From positions 4,959,146-5,023,145 of the forward strand of contig MU061579.1 of NCBI GenBank assembly GCA_013265495.1: a DNA stretch of 64,000 nt. Direction: 5' to 3'. This DNA comes from Vicugna vicugna. Lineage: Eukaryota. Made by a program: the position numbers and the translations under genes. Shown here piece after piece: positions 1-12,384 of this stretch (position 1 is the first letter of the stretch; every line of letters starts with the position of its first letter). Below the pieces are notes generated by a model that made no database searches, was not told where the DNA came from, and saw only the letters and a list, made by a program, of their open reading frames with translations.

Positions 1-86
1 TGAGAATTCCCACAAATTATGTTACATACCTCAGCATAGGTCCAGGAGGCTCAGAAAACACCAAGCAGGATAAATGCCAAAAAAAG
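1..86 (+). mobile_element. L1 ORF1 fragment (old L1M), cut by window edge
   Basis: 'gagaattcccacaaattatg...tccaggaggctcagaaaacaccaagcaggataaatgccaaaaa' resembles the L1 ORF1 ENFP...QEAQRTPSRIN region. Confidence 0.7.
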
Positions 87-638
87 AAAGTGGGTAACAG
101 GTTGTGCTTTAATTGGAGACAGTGTAGGGTGTCCAAATGAGCACTTCCTCCCTGAGCAACGTCACTTCCTGTGGCAGCTGACTGGGCTGTGAAAATTCCC
201 CAAGTAGCTCCAGAACTGAGCTTCAAAAATAACTTATATATTGCCAATTCCTCCGCTTACAGTTATAAAACTGGAAACTTCATCTATTAAATCATGTGTC
301 TAAATTCTCCAAATTAATTGGAGAACTGGGCCTAGGCACACAAATCCTTCCTTAGGTAAACTCATATTACATGACTGTTTATAGAAGATGCCATGTCTTA
401 GCTAATAACCAAACAGATATGGTATTACTGATATGACCACGGTATTACACACTTAAATATTCTTAGTAAAATAACATGAGCCAATGCAGTGGATCAAGAA
501 GCCTTATTATAACTGGATTAGTTTTAAGTAATAAATTAAATTTCATGACTTTTTAAAGTTGTTTGATTTTACATTTTCTGATTTCATTAGAGTAGCATCT
601 GACATTAATATGAGTCTACATAATGCATTTAAATACCT

Positions 639-731
639 TTGAAAATTTTATTTTTAATAGTCAAGTCGTTCATAATAAATATATATATATTGAAAATTTT
701 ATTTTTAATAGTCAAGTCCTTCATAACAAAT
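639..731. repeat. 42-bp direct duplication separated by (AT)n
   Basis: ttgaaaattttatttttaatagtcaagtc(g/c)ttcataa(t/c)aaat at 639-680 and 690-731. Confidence 0.95.
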
Positions 732-1548
732 CATTTGTTAAATGAAACAGTCTGACTTATTACTGTTTAACCGATCTTGTTAAAGAATTTTTTTCTTCTT
801 AAACACACATAAACTAATTATTTTTAACATTTTTTTCTGCAAAATAGATATTTGGAGGTAAATAACTGGCATAGTTTGCTTGTCATTGTTGCTTCATTTG
901 ATCACTTTTCCATGTAAATAAGATAGGCTGATAAACAATAATTATTAGGGTCTGAGAAATCATAAATTAGATAATACTTATTATACTTCTTAAGAGACTG
1001 GAAAAAAAGTTTTTAGTATGATAGCACACTGTGAGTCTGATAGCTTTCCAACTATAATCAAAATGTTGTTCATGATGGTGGGAAAATAAATATCTCTAAG
1101 ATTAAATGTATTTAAATATGAAATTGTTAGAGGAAACCTAGACCTTTATGATTCCTGAAAATGACATTTTTATAATATAATCTGGAGTACTTTTCAAATT
1201 TAGAAACTTTTTCAAACAAATGATATTAAAAACTTAAATAGCAAAAATGCAATTAGATAAAATTATATTAATTAAAAAATAAAGTATATATCTGTATATA
1301 ATTATAATATTAATTTAAGTTAAAATATATTTTATAAAGATGTGTATACATGTTTATGTTATATGGTAATGTATATGATATAGGTATATTAATATATAAT
1401 ATATAAAAAGCACTGATGTATACCTAAAATAATAAAAATAAAATCCCACATTTTAAATCTTTAAGATGAAACCAAGTATTAGCAGATTCTTAGAAATTTG
1501 CATAAAAAATTTAAACCAAACAGAAAACCATCTGTGGCTAATTTTTAC

Positions 1549-1581
1549 CTGGCTCTACATTTACAAGCAAATTACAAAACA
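1549..1581 (-). CDS. Candidate 33-nt phase 1-1 coding exon ((V)FCNLLVNVEP) of an unidentified minus-strand gene
   Basis: Minus strand: ttttttttctaaaccag|TGTTTTGTAATTTGCTTGTAAATGTAGAGCCAG|gtaaaa; open in the phase left by the exon at 11401-11463. Confidence 0.35.
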
Positions 1582-2374
1582 CTGGTTTAGAAAAAAAATT
1601 TTTTTAATCAATTTTATTAGTGAGGCTTGATATTTTCACATAGTATAAACATCACTCATCTTTATGTATGGCCAAAATTAATTGTAATATTCTCATCGAA
1701 ATTTATAAATGGCTCAATTCTCTTTAACCTTTGACTTAATATAATTCCATTATTATTTGCTTTTAGAAATGACCAATTTTAAGTTATAAAATTAAATCAT
1801 TAAAAAACTTCGTGGAAAATCACACTTTGTTACAGTCCAAAGACAATAATCAATCATTCATTCAAGTAAAAAACTGCAAATAATAAGATCAAGAAAATCA
1901 ATCATATTTATATTTTACAATATCTGATACCAGTTAAAAATGAAGCTAACAAAAATAATAAAGGAAATAAGCATATATTTTATCCATAAATAAGACTAAG
2001 GAAGGTAACTCAACACAAACAGAGGATTTTTGCTGCCTTGTGTAGTCACTGCAGAGTTTCCTGGGGTTGGTATAATGAATAAAATACTAATGCCCCAAAA
2101 TAAGAACAAATGCAGAAAGTTTATGATAGGTCAAATCTTTCTCATGCATAATTAAAACTGCTGTAGATGGATATTAGTTGTTAAAAATAACATTTCATTA
2201 TTTTAATGTGAAAGAAATTGAACACAGAGCAATATCTTGCAGCATATTAGAAACACATTTGCAACAGAAGTAGAAATGCAATGCTGAAAATAATTGGTTC
2301 TAAAATATTAATTTCCTTTTCTTGTTTCCCTTTCTTAGAGAATCAAAAAGCCCAAATACAGTAAAACATAATAA

Positions 2375-2740
2375 AAACATTTAATATTTCCTGAGGTTCT
2401 ATTATGTGATAAGCACCATTCTTTAAGGTGTGTATATTTGATCTCATTTTAATTATCATGACGTAGGTCAGGGGTTAACGAAATGCTACCTGGGGACCAA
2501 TCCAGTCTGCCACCTGTTTTTGTAAGCAGAGTTTTGTTGGATCTCCACATTGGCCATTAATTTGTACTTTCTATGATTGTTTTCATGCTAAGATGGCAGA
2601 GTTGAGCAGTTGCAAATGACCATGTGCCCAGTAAATCCTAAAATATTTATCATCTGGCCATTTACAAAAATAGTTTGGCAGCCATTGATGTCACTAATAT
2701 GATTTTATTTTTCAATGAAACTTAATATCAGAATGGAAGA
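2375..2740 (-). mobile_element. MIR remnant interrupted by MER58A
   Basis: 'gaggttctattatgtgataagcaccattc...atctcattttaattatcatgac' is antisense MIR-like and resumes after 2687. Confidence 0.5.
2469..2687 (+). mobile_element. MER58A (hAT-Charlie DNA transposon)
   Basis: CAGGGGT start; 'ccacctgtttttgtaa...gttttgttgg', 'ggcagagttgagcagttgc', 'cctaaaatatttatcatctggccatttacaaaaatagtttg' match MER58A. Confidence 0.85.
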
Positions 2741-3049
2741 CACAAACTGTAAACCCTGAACTCAGAGAAGAAACCCAATTTTGTTTGACTCCAGGTGATT
2801 ATGTTCCTTATATTACACAATACAGAAGAAGTTTAGAAAATGAACTGCACAAGGATAGGATAGTGTGGATCTTTTTTTATTAGCTGTTCATGCATAAATG
2901 TTTTGGGGTTTTATTTGGATGAAGCTAAAAACAAAGTTTATATAATCATACTCCGAATATATAGAATAATAGAATCCAGCCCACAGGCTTTACTCTATAT
3001 ACTTATCTGCCTCAGACAATTATACCATTATCTTTAATTTTCAGTACCC

Positions 3050-4120
3050 CATTCATTTGTTCTTCCTTCCTCCTATTAATAGGAGCGTCCCTTTTACAAT
3101 TTAAAGTTATTTCATTGACTCTACTTTGGGTCCCATTTCTCCTGAAACTCCCAAGTCCTTCCTCTGTTTATTAGTCTCTCTCTTCATAGACAATTCTTTG
3201 AAGAAAAAAAAGCCCTCATTACTTTGTCTATTTTTTCACCTTTACTCCTCAACCCATTGTGGTCTACCATCTGTTTCACTCAATCCACTGAAATAGCTGT
3301 GATCAAGGTCAGTAAGAATATCCCTGCAGCTGAGGTCATTAGGCACTTTTCAGTCCTTACCTAATTTGACTGTTTATATCCTACACTATCAGATACTCCA
3401 TCAATATTGAAACTCTATTCCCTTGTTTTGTGAAGTCACTCTCTCATTGCCCTTCCCTATTTTTCAAACAGTTGCTCTTATTCTCCTTTGAGATTATCTT
3501 TTTCCAGATTCATGCCACCCATGTTAGTGTTCTCAATATTCCATAATTAAAATTTGTCTTTCCCTTCCCACCCTCTGCCCCCACTTGGCAACAGGATTTC
3601 AAAATTGTAGAACAGATAAACAAGATTATACTATATAGCACAGGGAAATATACACAAGACCTTGGTAGCTCACAGAGAAAACAATGTGACAATGAATATA
3701 TATAATGTACATGTATAACTGAAAAATTGTGCTCTACAGTGGAATTTGACACAACATTGTAAAATGATTTTAAATCAATAAAAAATGTTAAAAAATTTGT
3801 CTTTTTTCATTCTGTGTATTTTCCGTGGGTAATCATGAGAAATACTTTATTTTTATTGATTATTATTGCTTATCATGTCTTTAATTAATATCAATATGAT
3901 TAATATGTGTGTATTTTGGTCCATATTTTCTCCTAAACTCCAGAATTATATATCAAACCTCATCTGCCATGAATTCACTTCCTATCCTAAGGCATCTCAA
4001 AATTAATATGTTCCAGTCCAATGCCATTATGTCCCCTGTTAAACGCATCTTTTTTACCCCATATGCTGTGTTCTCTATCATGGTAAAATGGCATTTTCCT
4101 CTACTCTGACTCAAGACAGG
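3050..4120 (+). mobile_element. L2 ORF2 remnant, interrupted by young L1 at 3562-3791
   Basis: 'ctcctcaacccattgtggtct...ccactgaaatagctgtgatcaaggtcagtaa' and 'aggcatctcaaaattaatatgttcca' are typical L2 segments. Confidence 0.7.
3562..3791 (+). mobile_element. Young camelid-type L1 3' end with 5' inversion and 13-bp TSD
   Basis: 'gataaacaagattatactatatagcacagggaaatatac...aaattgtgctctacagtggaatttgacacaacattgtaaaatg...caataaaaaatg'; TSD aaaatttgtcttt at 3549-3561 and 3792-3804. Confidence 0.9.
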
Positions 4121-4664
4121 CAGATATTCAAAAAATACACTCAAGGCTGTATAAAATTATAACACTAGACTATTAATTAAAATGGGAAATACAGGCATCA
4201 AACAGATTTGCATGGTCATGTTTGCTGATTAATGCTTTTGCCTTAAGGTAAATTAAAATGAAAAAAAATCAAAATTCAAAAGTTGTTTGGAAGCATAAAT
4301 TGATAGCTAAGTTAATTTACTTCAGGTCCTCGTGCCACTGGACAAAACAAAGGTGTGGATGAATAGTTGTGCAAAGTAATTCAAATATCAAAGAAAAAGT
4401 ATCTGTTAAATTAAGTTCCACAGTGACAATTAAATGTTCTGTAGTTATTTCATTTAACATAGTTTATAACAATGGTATGAGAAATGCTCAAAATTCAGTA
4501 AATTGAAGTTTCAAGATAGCATCTGTATGATAATCTCATACATGTTACACTTTATGTCTCTCTATAGGAAAAGGCAGATATAGACACAGAGATTATAATA
4601 CAGATACAGATAAATGCACAGAGATACACCTGACTACTTTTTACAGGTATAATCACATGTTAAT

Positions 4665-4890
4665 AGAAGGCAGCACTGCCTAACAGAGTCACTAATATCC
4701 TACTTTTCATATTCTGATCAATTCACTCAAGAAAGTTATTCAAGCATTCATTTTCTTGATTTCTACAGAGGTGTATCACTACTGATACCCTGATAGGGTG
4801 GTGGTGACAATTTGTTTAAAAAATCAGATATGCAGACTCTGGTATATTGTCCAATGTACGATAGGAACTCAGACACTGAAGCTGATCATT
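4665..4890 (+). mobile_element. MIR remnant
   Basis: 'gaaggcagcactgcctaa...cattttcttgatttctac...ctgatagggtggtggtgacaatt...gataggaactcag'. Confidence 0.55.
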
Positions 4891-5012
4891 GTAACAGTTA
4901 ATATTTCTAAATGATGGGAACATAAATATGACTAGGACAATAAAATTGTTTTATTGTTTAACCACTTAATGTGGTTAGAGCTGACAAACAATAAAGTAAA
5001 CAAAAATGTACA

Positions 5013-5161
5013 GTGGTGGGACGGTAGAGTGTGTGCTTAGCTTACACAAGGTCCTGGTTCAATCCCCAGTACTGCCATTGAGAAACAGATAAATAAATAA
5101 GCAAATAAATAAGTAAATAAACAAACTTCAGTACCCCCTCCCCCAAAAAAGAAATGATTTT
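5013..5161 (+). mobile_element. Camelid tRNA-derived SINE (Vic-like), A-box region deleted
   Basis: 'ggtagagtgtgtgcttagcttacacaaggtcctggttcaatccccagtac', (AAAT)n, 'ccctccccca' tail; TSD aaaa(a/g)tgtaca at 5002-5012 and 5162-5172. Confidence 0.85.
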
Positions 5162-5177
5162 AAAAGTGTACAACTTC

Positions 5178-5520
5178 AGGTAGTGATAAAATACAGCAGG
5201 CTTGGAAAGTTTGTGGAGTCTGTGAAAGAACTTAAGATGGGGCAAGCAGTGATGGCTTCTCTGAAGGGCTGACTTTGGGCTGAGAGCTAAGAGAGACTGG
5301 CGAGAAAGCCACCTGAAGGTGGGGGAGCATGCCAGCAGTGGGCAGCAACGGCAAAGGCCCTCAGATACGAGGGGCTGGACAGCAGCTGTGGCTGGAACAT
5401 GGTAAAGGAAGGCGGTCAGAGACGTAGGCAGGAAACACAGCTCTATGAATATTATCATAAGTCTGTATGGCCAGGGCTTTCTGAGCAAAGAGCACTGGCA
5501 TCTGGGTTAAAGTATGACAG
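5178..5520 (-). mobile_element. L2 3' region
   Basis: 'ggcttctctgaagggctgactttgggctgaga...gcagcaacggcaaaggccctcag...tgtggctggaacatgg' is antisense L2. Confidence 0.7.
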
Positions 5521-6054
5521 AACAACAGCCCTAAAGACAGAGGTCTCCAAAATGATGTTGTTTTCCCTCTCATGAGTCATATGTGTACTTTTCAGGGAGC
5601 GATGTTTCACTCTTTCTCCAGAGTAGCTTTGTTTACAAGTGCAAAGTATCTCTTCCTCTCTCTGGACGGGTGGAGGGATGGATGTGACAGCTTCTGGTTT
5701 TGTAATTTTGGGATTCCTCTCCTGTGGTGCAAACCCTATGGACATATACAGGTGACACCATATCCTCACATCATCCTGCAGGGAATCCCAGCATAGGAGG
5801 CTGGGGTTAAGGAAACCTTGTATTTCCCAGCTACCTCCCTACATGCGTACGCACTAACATACATACATAAAGACAACAGAGGAACCACATCCCTTTGTAT
5901 CTCACTGGAAAGGTATTTGGTTTTTATTTCAGAGGAGACATTAATGGTTACTTTAGCTAAGGTGGTAGGTGTGGAGATTTTGATAAGAAGTGAGAAAAGG
6001 AGTGGAATTGAATGTAAAGTTGATGAAAAGATATTAAGAACTATTACAGCATAG

Positions 6055-6715
6055 GCCAAAACTGGGCTCCCTACTTCCTTTCTTCCCCATCTAGAGTTTG
6101 TCAGAGAGGAGCCTGAGAATGCTCTTTAAAACCATAATTCAAATCATATCACTTTTCTACTCAAAATCATTCAATGGCTTCCTTTCTCACCCACAGTGAA
6201 ATCCAAAGCCATGACCTCTCCCCACACCTTCAGCCCACCCCACCACCAGCATCTCTCTGCCCCCACTTCCCACCCTGGTGTCCCTCCAGCCCCAGTGGCC
6301 TCCTTCATTTTCCTCTGCCTGGTGAGGCACACTCTTGCCTCAAGCCTCTGCACCCTCATGTCTGTCTGGAAAGTTGTTACCTCAGGTATCCCTACGACTT
6401 ACTCTCTCACCACAAATAGGCCATATTCAAGTACTGCCTCAGCAAACGGGCCTTACCTGTTGAAAGTGGTAAGAACCACTGTCAAAATCACATCCCACTC
6501 AATCAACATTAACCTTTTATCACTTTTTAAAAACTTTTTTTTTATCATTTTTATTAGCACCAGCCATATTTTAGGTATTTATGTGTCTGTTTGTATGTTT
6601 CCTTTTTTCCACTGGAATATAAATGTATGACTACAGAGATTTATGTTTTCATTGCTGAATTCTCAAGATTTAGGATAGCCCCTTCTACAAAGTAGGCTTT
6701 CTAATGAATGAATAA
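6055..6715 (+). mobile_element. L2a-like 3' end
   Basis: 'aatcatatcacttttctactcaaaatcattcaatggcttcc...gtgaaatccaaagcc' and terminal 'aagtaggctttctaatgaatgaataaa'. Confidence 0.8.
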
Positions 6716-7109
6716 AAATGCATGAGTGGAGTTACTGGATTGGGTTACAGAAAATATAAAATGAGGGCATGTCTAAGATGTATTTATCAGCTGGGTTATG
6801 TAATGCCATTTATAGATTTATAGAAGATGAGAGCAGAAGCTTTGAGGGATAACTTACACTGACTCACACCATTTGAAAAAAGTGTATTTTTAAAGTTAAA
6901 ATACCATAATAATTTTTTAAATAGTTTAAGATGCAAACCCAGGAAATGAAAGTAAAGTCCTAGAAAGGACAGCAATCTTAGAACACAAATATCTGTGTTT
7001 AGGAATTACTGACACTCATGGAAATTCTCTAATTTACTTCCTGTCGTTTTCTGGTTTCTAACCTTTTGACTTTTTACTCACATTGTCCTTTGCAGTTTAG
7101 ACTCATTGA

Positions 7110-7765
7110 ATAAGGATATTTAGACCATCCCCACTGCTTCTATCTTATTCTTTTCTGAGCAACAGTCTTTCAAGTTGAAACCCTTTACTTTCTCCAGAAA
7201 CAAACTCCCAGGACATGGCACCCACCCTCATCAAATGCCTCTCTTATAATCTTTGTAAGCACATCATTATTCTTATTCCATATTAAATGAGAACAGCTAT
7301 TGTCTAAGTTACTTTATAGATCTATAATGGTATCTAAAATAAGACGCACACTATGATAATGTAAGATGAACTAGTACACAGAAACACAGTCTAATTGGAA
7401 TTAATTTAGACAATCAATCGCAGCGCTGATGCTGCCAACAAGGGGTCAGATCAGTGCCAACGTTGATTGTGGTTCTTCTCTGACAATTGTTTTATGGCTA
7501 TTAAATGAAAAGCATAATAGCACTGAGCTCAAAGGAATCCTGCTGCTTCTCTCCCTCAAACATAACTTAGCAGCTCTTACTGTAAATCTCTGTACCCACT
7601 CATCTTCGTTTCTAGCTTGTTATAGCCTTGATTCAAAATCCTCGATTTTCCCTTAGTTGCATCTCGTATAACAATTTATCAAATGCCTTGCTGAGATCTA
7701 GGTAAAAGACTTCCACTGCCTCTGCCTCATCTACTTCCCTGCTCCCTGCAAACACTTGATCAGGT
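7110..7765 (-). mobile_element. CR1/L3 LINE ORF2 (RT) remnant
   Basis: Minus strand about 7675-7734 translates VDEAEAVEVFYLDLSKAFDK, the CR1-clade RT motif (V.YLDFSKAFD). Confidence 0.75.
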
Positions 7766-7883
7766 CTCTGGGGCCCCGTCCTTTTTTCTCATACAATGTC
7801 TCAAAACCTGTATACTCTGGAAAACTTGCATGCTTGTTTATTGTAATTGAAACACTTACTAGTTCAAAACATCAGGTTCCAGG

Positions 7884-7887
<4 letters not shown>

Positions 7888-7919
<32 letters not shown>
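7888..7919. repeat. (TG)n microsatellite
   Basis: About 16 TG units read directly. Confidence 0.97.
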
Positions 7920-7921
<2 letters not shown>

Positions 7922-8059
7922 TGATTTTTTTTGTTTGTTTTTTGTTTTTGTTTTTTATTTTAACAGTCAATTTAACACGAAACGTTTTTCTATTCAGGTT
8001 CTCACAGGGACGACTGAAATAGTATGCTTCAGAATTTGTACCCCTTTTGTGTCTTTTCC

Positions 8060-9205
8060 CCTCATATCACTGCAAAGACTGCTAATCTCTCTCTCTTCTG
8101 AAACTCTCTATTACGTCCACCTTTTTCACACCATTTCTTACTGACTCCCCTCCTTTTCACGGATCATTTGCTCCTTTCCTCCTTTGCCCACATCTTTCTC
8201 CAACAGTTATTTGAACACTGGTGTTCATCAGGGTTTCCATACTCAACCCATTATGATTACCCTGCTACATATTTTCTCTGTGTGATCTCATTGATTCCTG
8301 TCACAAACCGTTCTCTCCCTTGAAACTCTGTTGTCCACATGTCTGCTGAACATCACTTAAACTTGTCTTTCCACAGGGATGCTAAAGTCAACATTTCTAT
8401 AACTGGTCTCATTTTTCACTCCATAATAACCTTGATTTCTTCTTTTATTTTCTCTCCATTTAATCTATCTTCTACCTTGCTGCCCAACTCAGAAAATTGA
8501 GGCTCATATTAAACTGTTCCTTGTCCTCTTTCCAAATGCAATTAATCATATTCTACTGATTTTCACCTTGTAAAAGTTTCTAAATTCTGCTTTTTTCTTT
8601 GAGGCTCCCCTATTACTGTGTCATGATCATGCCAAGAACCTCCTGTGTATTCTTACTATGAAGGGCCTTCTGAAAGCCATCTGCACATTGCAGCTAGATT
8701 AATCCATTTCACATCAACTGTTCAAATCTGTCAATCATTCTCCATCATGTAGGATGAACTTTAAGCTCCTTAGCTTGAGAATAAAGTCCTCCATATCATG
8801 ACCTAAGTGTGCAAACTTATTCTCTACTTCTGTCTACATGGAAATCTAATTTCTGGCAATTTTAATCAGTTACAGTTCCTTTATACATTTAGTCATGCTG
8901 ATCCTTTTGTCTAGAAACTTTTTTTTTAATCTGAACTACATTATATTAAATTTCAAAAGTAATGTTGGCAACCCATTTTAGGCTGGGCAATATATCTCCT
9001 GTTCTGCACTCTCATGACATTTTAGTGCACAGCTTGACCTTAGTTGTCACTTTATGTTGAAATTAACCATTTCAATAAATTCCTACCACTAGCCTGTGAG
9101 TTAACAAAATAAAGCTTTAATGCCCTTTTCATCTTTTTGTAAGCAGTATTTGGCACAATTTTTGGCTCACAGGAAGTGTTTAGCAGAATTTGCCTGAAGG
9201 AATAT
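8060..9205 (+). mobile_element. L2 (ORF2 end to 3' tail)
   Basis: 'ggtgttcatcagggtttccatactcaaccc', 'tgctgcccaactcagaaaattgaggctcat', terminal 'tggcacaatttttggctcacaggaagtgtttagcagaatttgcctgaaggaat'. Confidence 0.75.
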
Positions 9206-9351
9206 CTTTTCTAGGGAATTATCTGAGTTTTTACCTTACATTTGTCTTTCATTTCTTAGTATTTCTGTATTGCTTTCAGTTACTAGCGGGACTCAAGCAG
9301 GGAAGATGAACTGATGTTTGCTGATGTTCATGGTAGCATCTCTCAAAAAGT

Positions 9352-9550
9352 CATGGTGTGTAGTTAAAAAACATAGTGAATGCGCAATGATTTGGCCTTG
9401 TCTTATGGTCATATCATTACTAACCATATGGCCTGTAGAGAAATTTCTAGCTTTTCCAATGTTCAATTTTCCTGCCTGCAAAACAGATGTAATGGTTACA
9501 CTATTGAGATGTTGTTAGAAATCAAAAAAAAATGCATATCAAAAGTTTTA
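9352..9550 (+). mobile_element. MIR
   Basis: 'catggtgtgtagttaaaaaacatag...ttactaaccatatggcctg...ttcaattttcctgcctgcaaaacagatgtaat'. Confidence 0.65.
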
Positions 9551-9584
9551 TACTAATAATACACAAAAGACTGTCAATACATGT

Positions 9585-11040
9585 ATTCATTCACTCACTC
9601 ATTCACTTATTTAATAAATATCCATTAAAGGCCTACATAAGTTCAAGGTACTATGCTGGCTCTGGAGATTAAACAAAAGAGTTAAATGTCAAGTGGTATC
9701 TGCCCTCTTGGACTCACAGTCTCATTTAGGAAACAAAGGTTCAATATATAATTACATGATAAATCATTTAATTTAGATTGTGATAAATGCTAGTGGTTAC
9801 CTAATGTGGTTTATAACTTGGGAGATTAGGAGACTATGGGTTAAAGGTATGAATCAGAGAAGGTTTCCTTGAGCAAATAGTAGTTAATCAGCAATTAGAA
9901 GGACATGAAATACAGAGTTATGGGCGATAAACTGAGTGAGGAGAGACTCGATGGAGGATCCGCGTGGCTCTTTGGTGTATTAGTTTTCAATTGCTGCTGT
10001 GACAAATTACCACAAACTGAGTGGCTTAAAACAACACAAATGTATGGTGTATCTGTAGATAGAAATCCGACTCATCTCTCACTGGGCTGAAATCAAGGTG
10101 TCAGCATTCCTTTCTGGAGGCTCTAGGATAGAATCCCTTTCCTCGTCTTTTCCACCTTCCAGAGGCTGCCTGTTTTCCTTGACTTTTATCCCTTTTTCCC
10201 CTCCTTCAAACCCAGCAATATCAGACCTAGTCTTTCTTATATTCTCACTGCTCTGATTCTCCCTTCTGATTACCCTTCCCACTTCTATGGACACTTGTGA
10301 GCATATGGGGTTTACTTGTATAATACAGAATAATTTTAAGATCCATCTGATTAGCACTCTTAATTTCATCTGCCACTTTAATTTTCCTTTGCCTTGAAAG
10401 GTAACCTATTCACAGATTCTGTAGATTTGGATGTGGACACCATTAAGGGGACATTACTCTTACACTTCAGAAAATATTTCTGACTATAGTCTGAGTAGAT
10501 TGGCAAGAAACCAGCATGAGCATGTACTAAGTATGAGGCTTTTACACTGGTATGCAAAAGATGATGGTAGACTGGTTTGAAAGAAAATTAAACTTAAGTT
10601 AGACTTAAGATATGTTTAAGAAAAAGAATCAGAAAATTTTCGTAATTTATTTTTTGGAGGTGAATGTTGACAGACAAAGAGGTGTTGAGTCTGAATCCCA
10701 GACCTCTGGCTTTAGCAGATAGATAGGGGGAAAGTTTTATCACTGAAATATTGACCGCTGGAAATGAACCACACTTTGAAGAAGAGATAATAAATTCAAA
10801 CATGCATAGATTGAGTTTGACATATCAGTTAGACCAAATGAGAATGTCATTTGGCAATGGGATATGCAGGTCTGAAATCAGGGTTATCACTCAGAATTGT
10901 CAACCTAATGATACCAAATGAAAGCACAGAAGTCAGTACGGTCCCTTACAAAGGAGGTAACAAGTTGGGAGTAGAGAAAGCATAGATCCCTAAATAGCTA
11001 TCAAACACTTAAAGCATGAGTAGAGGAATGTGAGGTGTGA
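9585..11040 (-). mobile_element. L2, split by MLT1 at 9976-10464
   Basis: Antisense tail 'attcattcactcactcattcacttatttaataaatat...ggtactatgctggctctggagat'; resumes 'gattgagtttgacatatcagttagacc...gggatatgcaggtctgaaatcagg'. Confidence 0.7.
9976..10464 (-). mobile_element. MLT1C/D-type MaLR solo LTR
   Basis: 'tgtattagttttcaattgctgctgtgacaaattaccacaaactgagtggcttaaaacaacacaaat...ctggaggctctagg...aaggtaacctattcacagattc'. Confidence 0.85.
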
Positions 11041-11400
11041 AAAACTAATAGCAGGCTACAATGTCTGGTATATTTTCAGAGCCAAATATATTGAATGCAA
11101 ACTCTCATCATTGTATCATAAGTTTAACCATCATATTCTCACTACTAAATATGGAACATTAGAAAAAATCTCATGAAGTAAAAGAAATGCTAAATGGTTT
11201 ACTTGCTGGCCAAATACTGGACCTCCTTTCTAGAGCTTTAGTATGTACTGTCTTGGACAAAGACTACAATCCTTTTAAAGATTCTCAGTGACAGACTGGA
11301 CACATGGCTGTGACCCTTTTCAAACATGTTTTATTGGGATCCCTTCAAATAGCCATTTTATGTTTTCTTATTTATGACATGAAGCTTTACTTTCCCATAC

Positions 11401-11463
11401 CCTGCTGAGTGACACCATGTTTCATCTTCCTTAGCGGAGAATCCTGAGGTGTTCCTTCCATTG
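11401..11463 (-). CDS. Candidate 63-nt phase 1-1 coding exon ((T)MEGTPQDSPLRKMKHGVTQQ)
   Basis: atttattttttaatcag|CAATGGAAGG...CACTCAGCAGG|gtatgg; in unique sequence and in frame with exon 13688-13736. Confidence 0.55.
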
Positions 11464-11831
11464 CTGATTAAAAAATAAATCTTGGAAGGGATTTTGGATT
11501 TACTCAAGTATTAAAAAAAAAAGAAAGGAAGCCTGTCATTTGGATGTGTCAAGGAACTGGGGTTCCTAGCTAGTGAGCACTCTCCTACTTTCCTGTAAAA
11601 CAGGGCTTAGAACTATGCAAGTTTTATTATTAGGATTATTGTTTAATTTTGAGTATGTGTCCTTTATCTTGCCAAACTAAATCTTCTTTTTAAAAATAGT
11701 TATGTATTATGAAATAAGGAGAAGTTAAAGGGTGAAGCCAATCTTCTTCGAGAGAATCTAGCACAAAGGGTTGATATTTCAATGATCAGTTCCAATTTTA
11801 GAACCATTCCACTCACTTTTGTCTGGCCACA

Positions 11832-11945
11832 TATTCATATATTTGCAAAGATTTATTGAGGACTTACTGTGCTAAGCACTGTTATATTTGTTGGAATAAA
11901 ACTATTAAACCAGACAGACAGAATCCTCATTACTTGGTTCTTGAC
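11832..11945 (-). mobile_element. L2 3' tail fragment
   Basis: 'atttattgaggacttactgtgctaagcactgtt...acagacagaatcctc'. Confidence 0.6.
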
Positions 11946-12206
11946 TTCTAATTATTGTTAAATTAAACAACTTTGTGTCTTAAACGACAGACTACTGTAT
12001 TCATAAATCCATACAGAAATTAAGATAAAATATACAATAAAATTCTTGTGATAATACTAAGCATGGTGGTTCAAGTAACCATTTCTTAGTACCCATTTAA
12101 TATTGTCTATGTGTGTTTCAATATATTCTTAAGATGTTTTCCTAAAATCCACTACCATTTAAAAACAAAGAAGAACCCCGAATCTGAACACACATATTTA
12201 TTAGTG

Positions 12207-12238
12207 GTCACATTCTATTTGTCACATTCTATTTGTCA
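12207..12238. repeat. 14-bp tandem duplication
   Basis: gtcacattctattt x2 followed by gtca. Confidence 0.9.
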
Positions 12239-12384
12239 TCTGCTAAGTGTTACAATAAACTTCAATCTTATTTAATTTATTACAAAGTAAATGCTTACTA
12301 GAATATCTTAAACAAAATTCTACTTAAAATTGTTTTTTAGAAAGTTGGAGATTTGTTTCTGATCTATGAAGAAGCAGAATATTT

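Noticed and set aside
305..325. 8-bp stem hairpin ttctccaa/ttggagaa
   Set aside because: Expected by chance in 64 kb of AT-rich DNA
4312..4337. Minus-strand acceptor (ctttgttttgtccag) giving VARGPEVN* as a possible terminal exon of the candidate gene
   Set aside because: No convincing poly(A) signal nearby and only a weak donor; cannot be distinguished from chance
5042..5488. 148-aa minus-strand ORF
   Set aside because: Spans an L2 remnant and a SINE; the LLIY repeats come from the (AAAT)n tail
6196..6630. 144-aa plus-strand ORF
   Set aside because: Lies entirely within an L2 3' end and has no protein-like features
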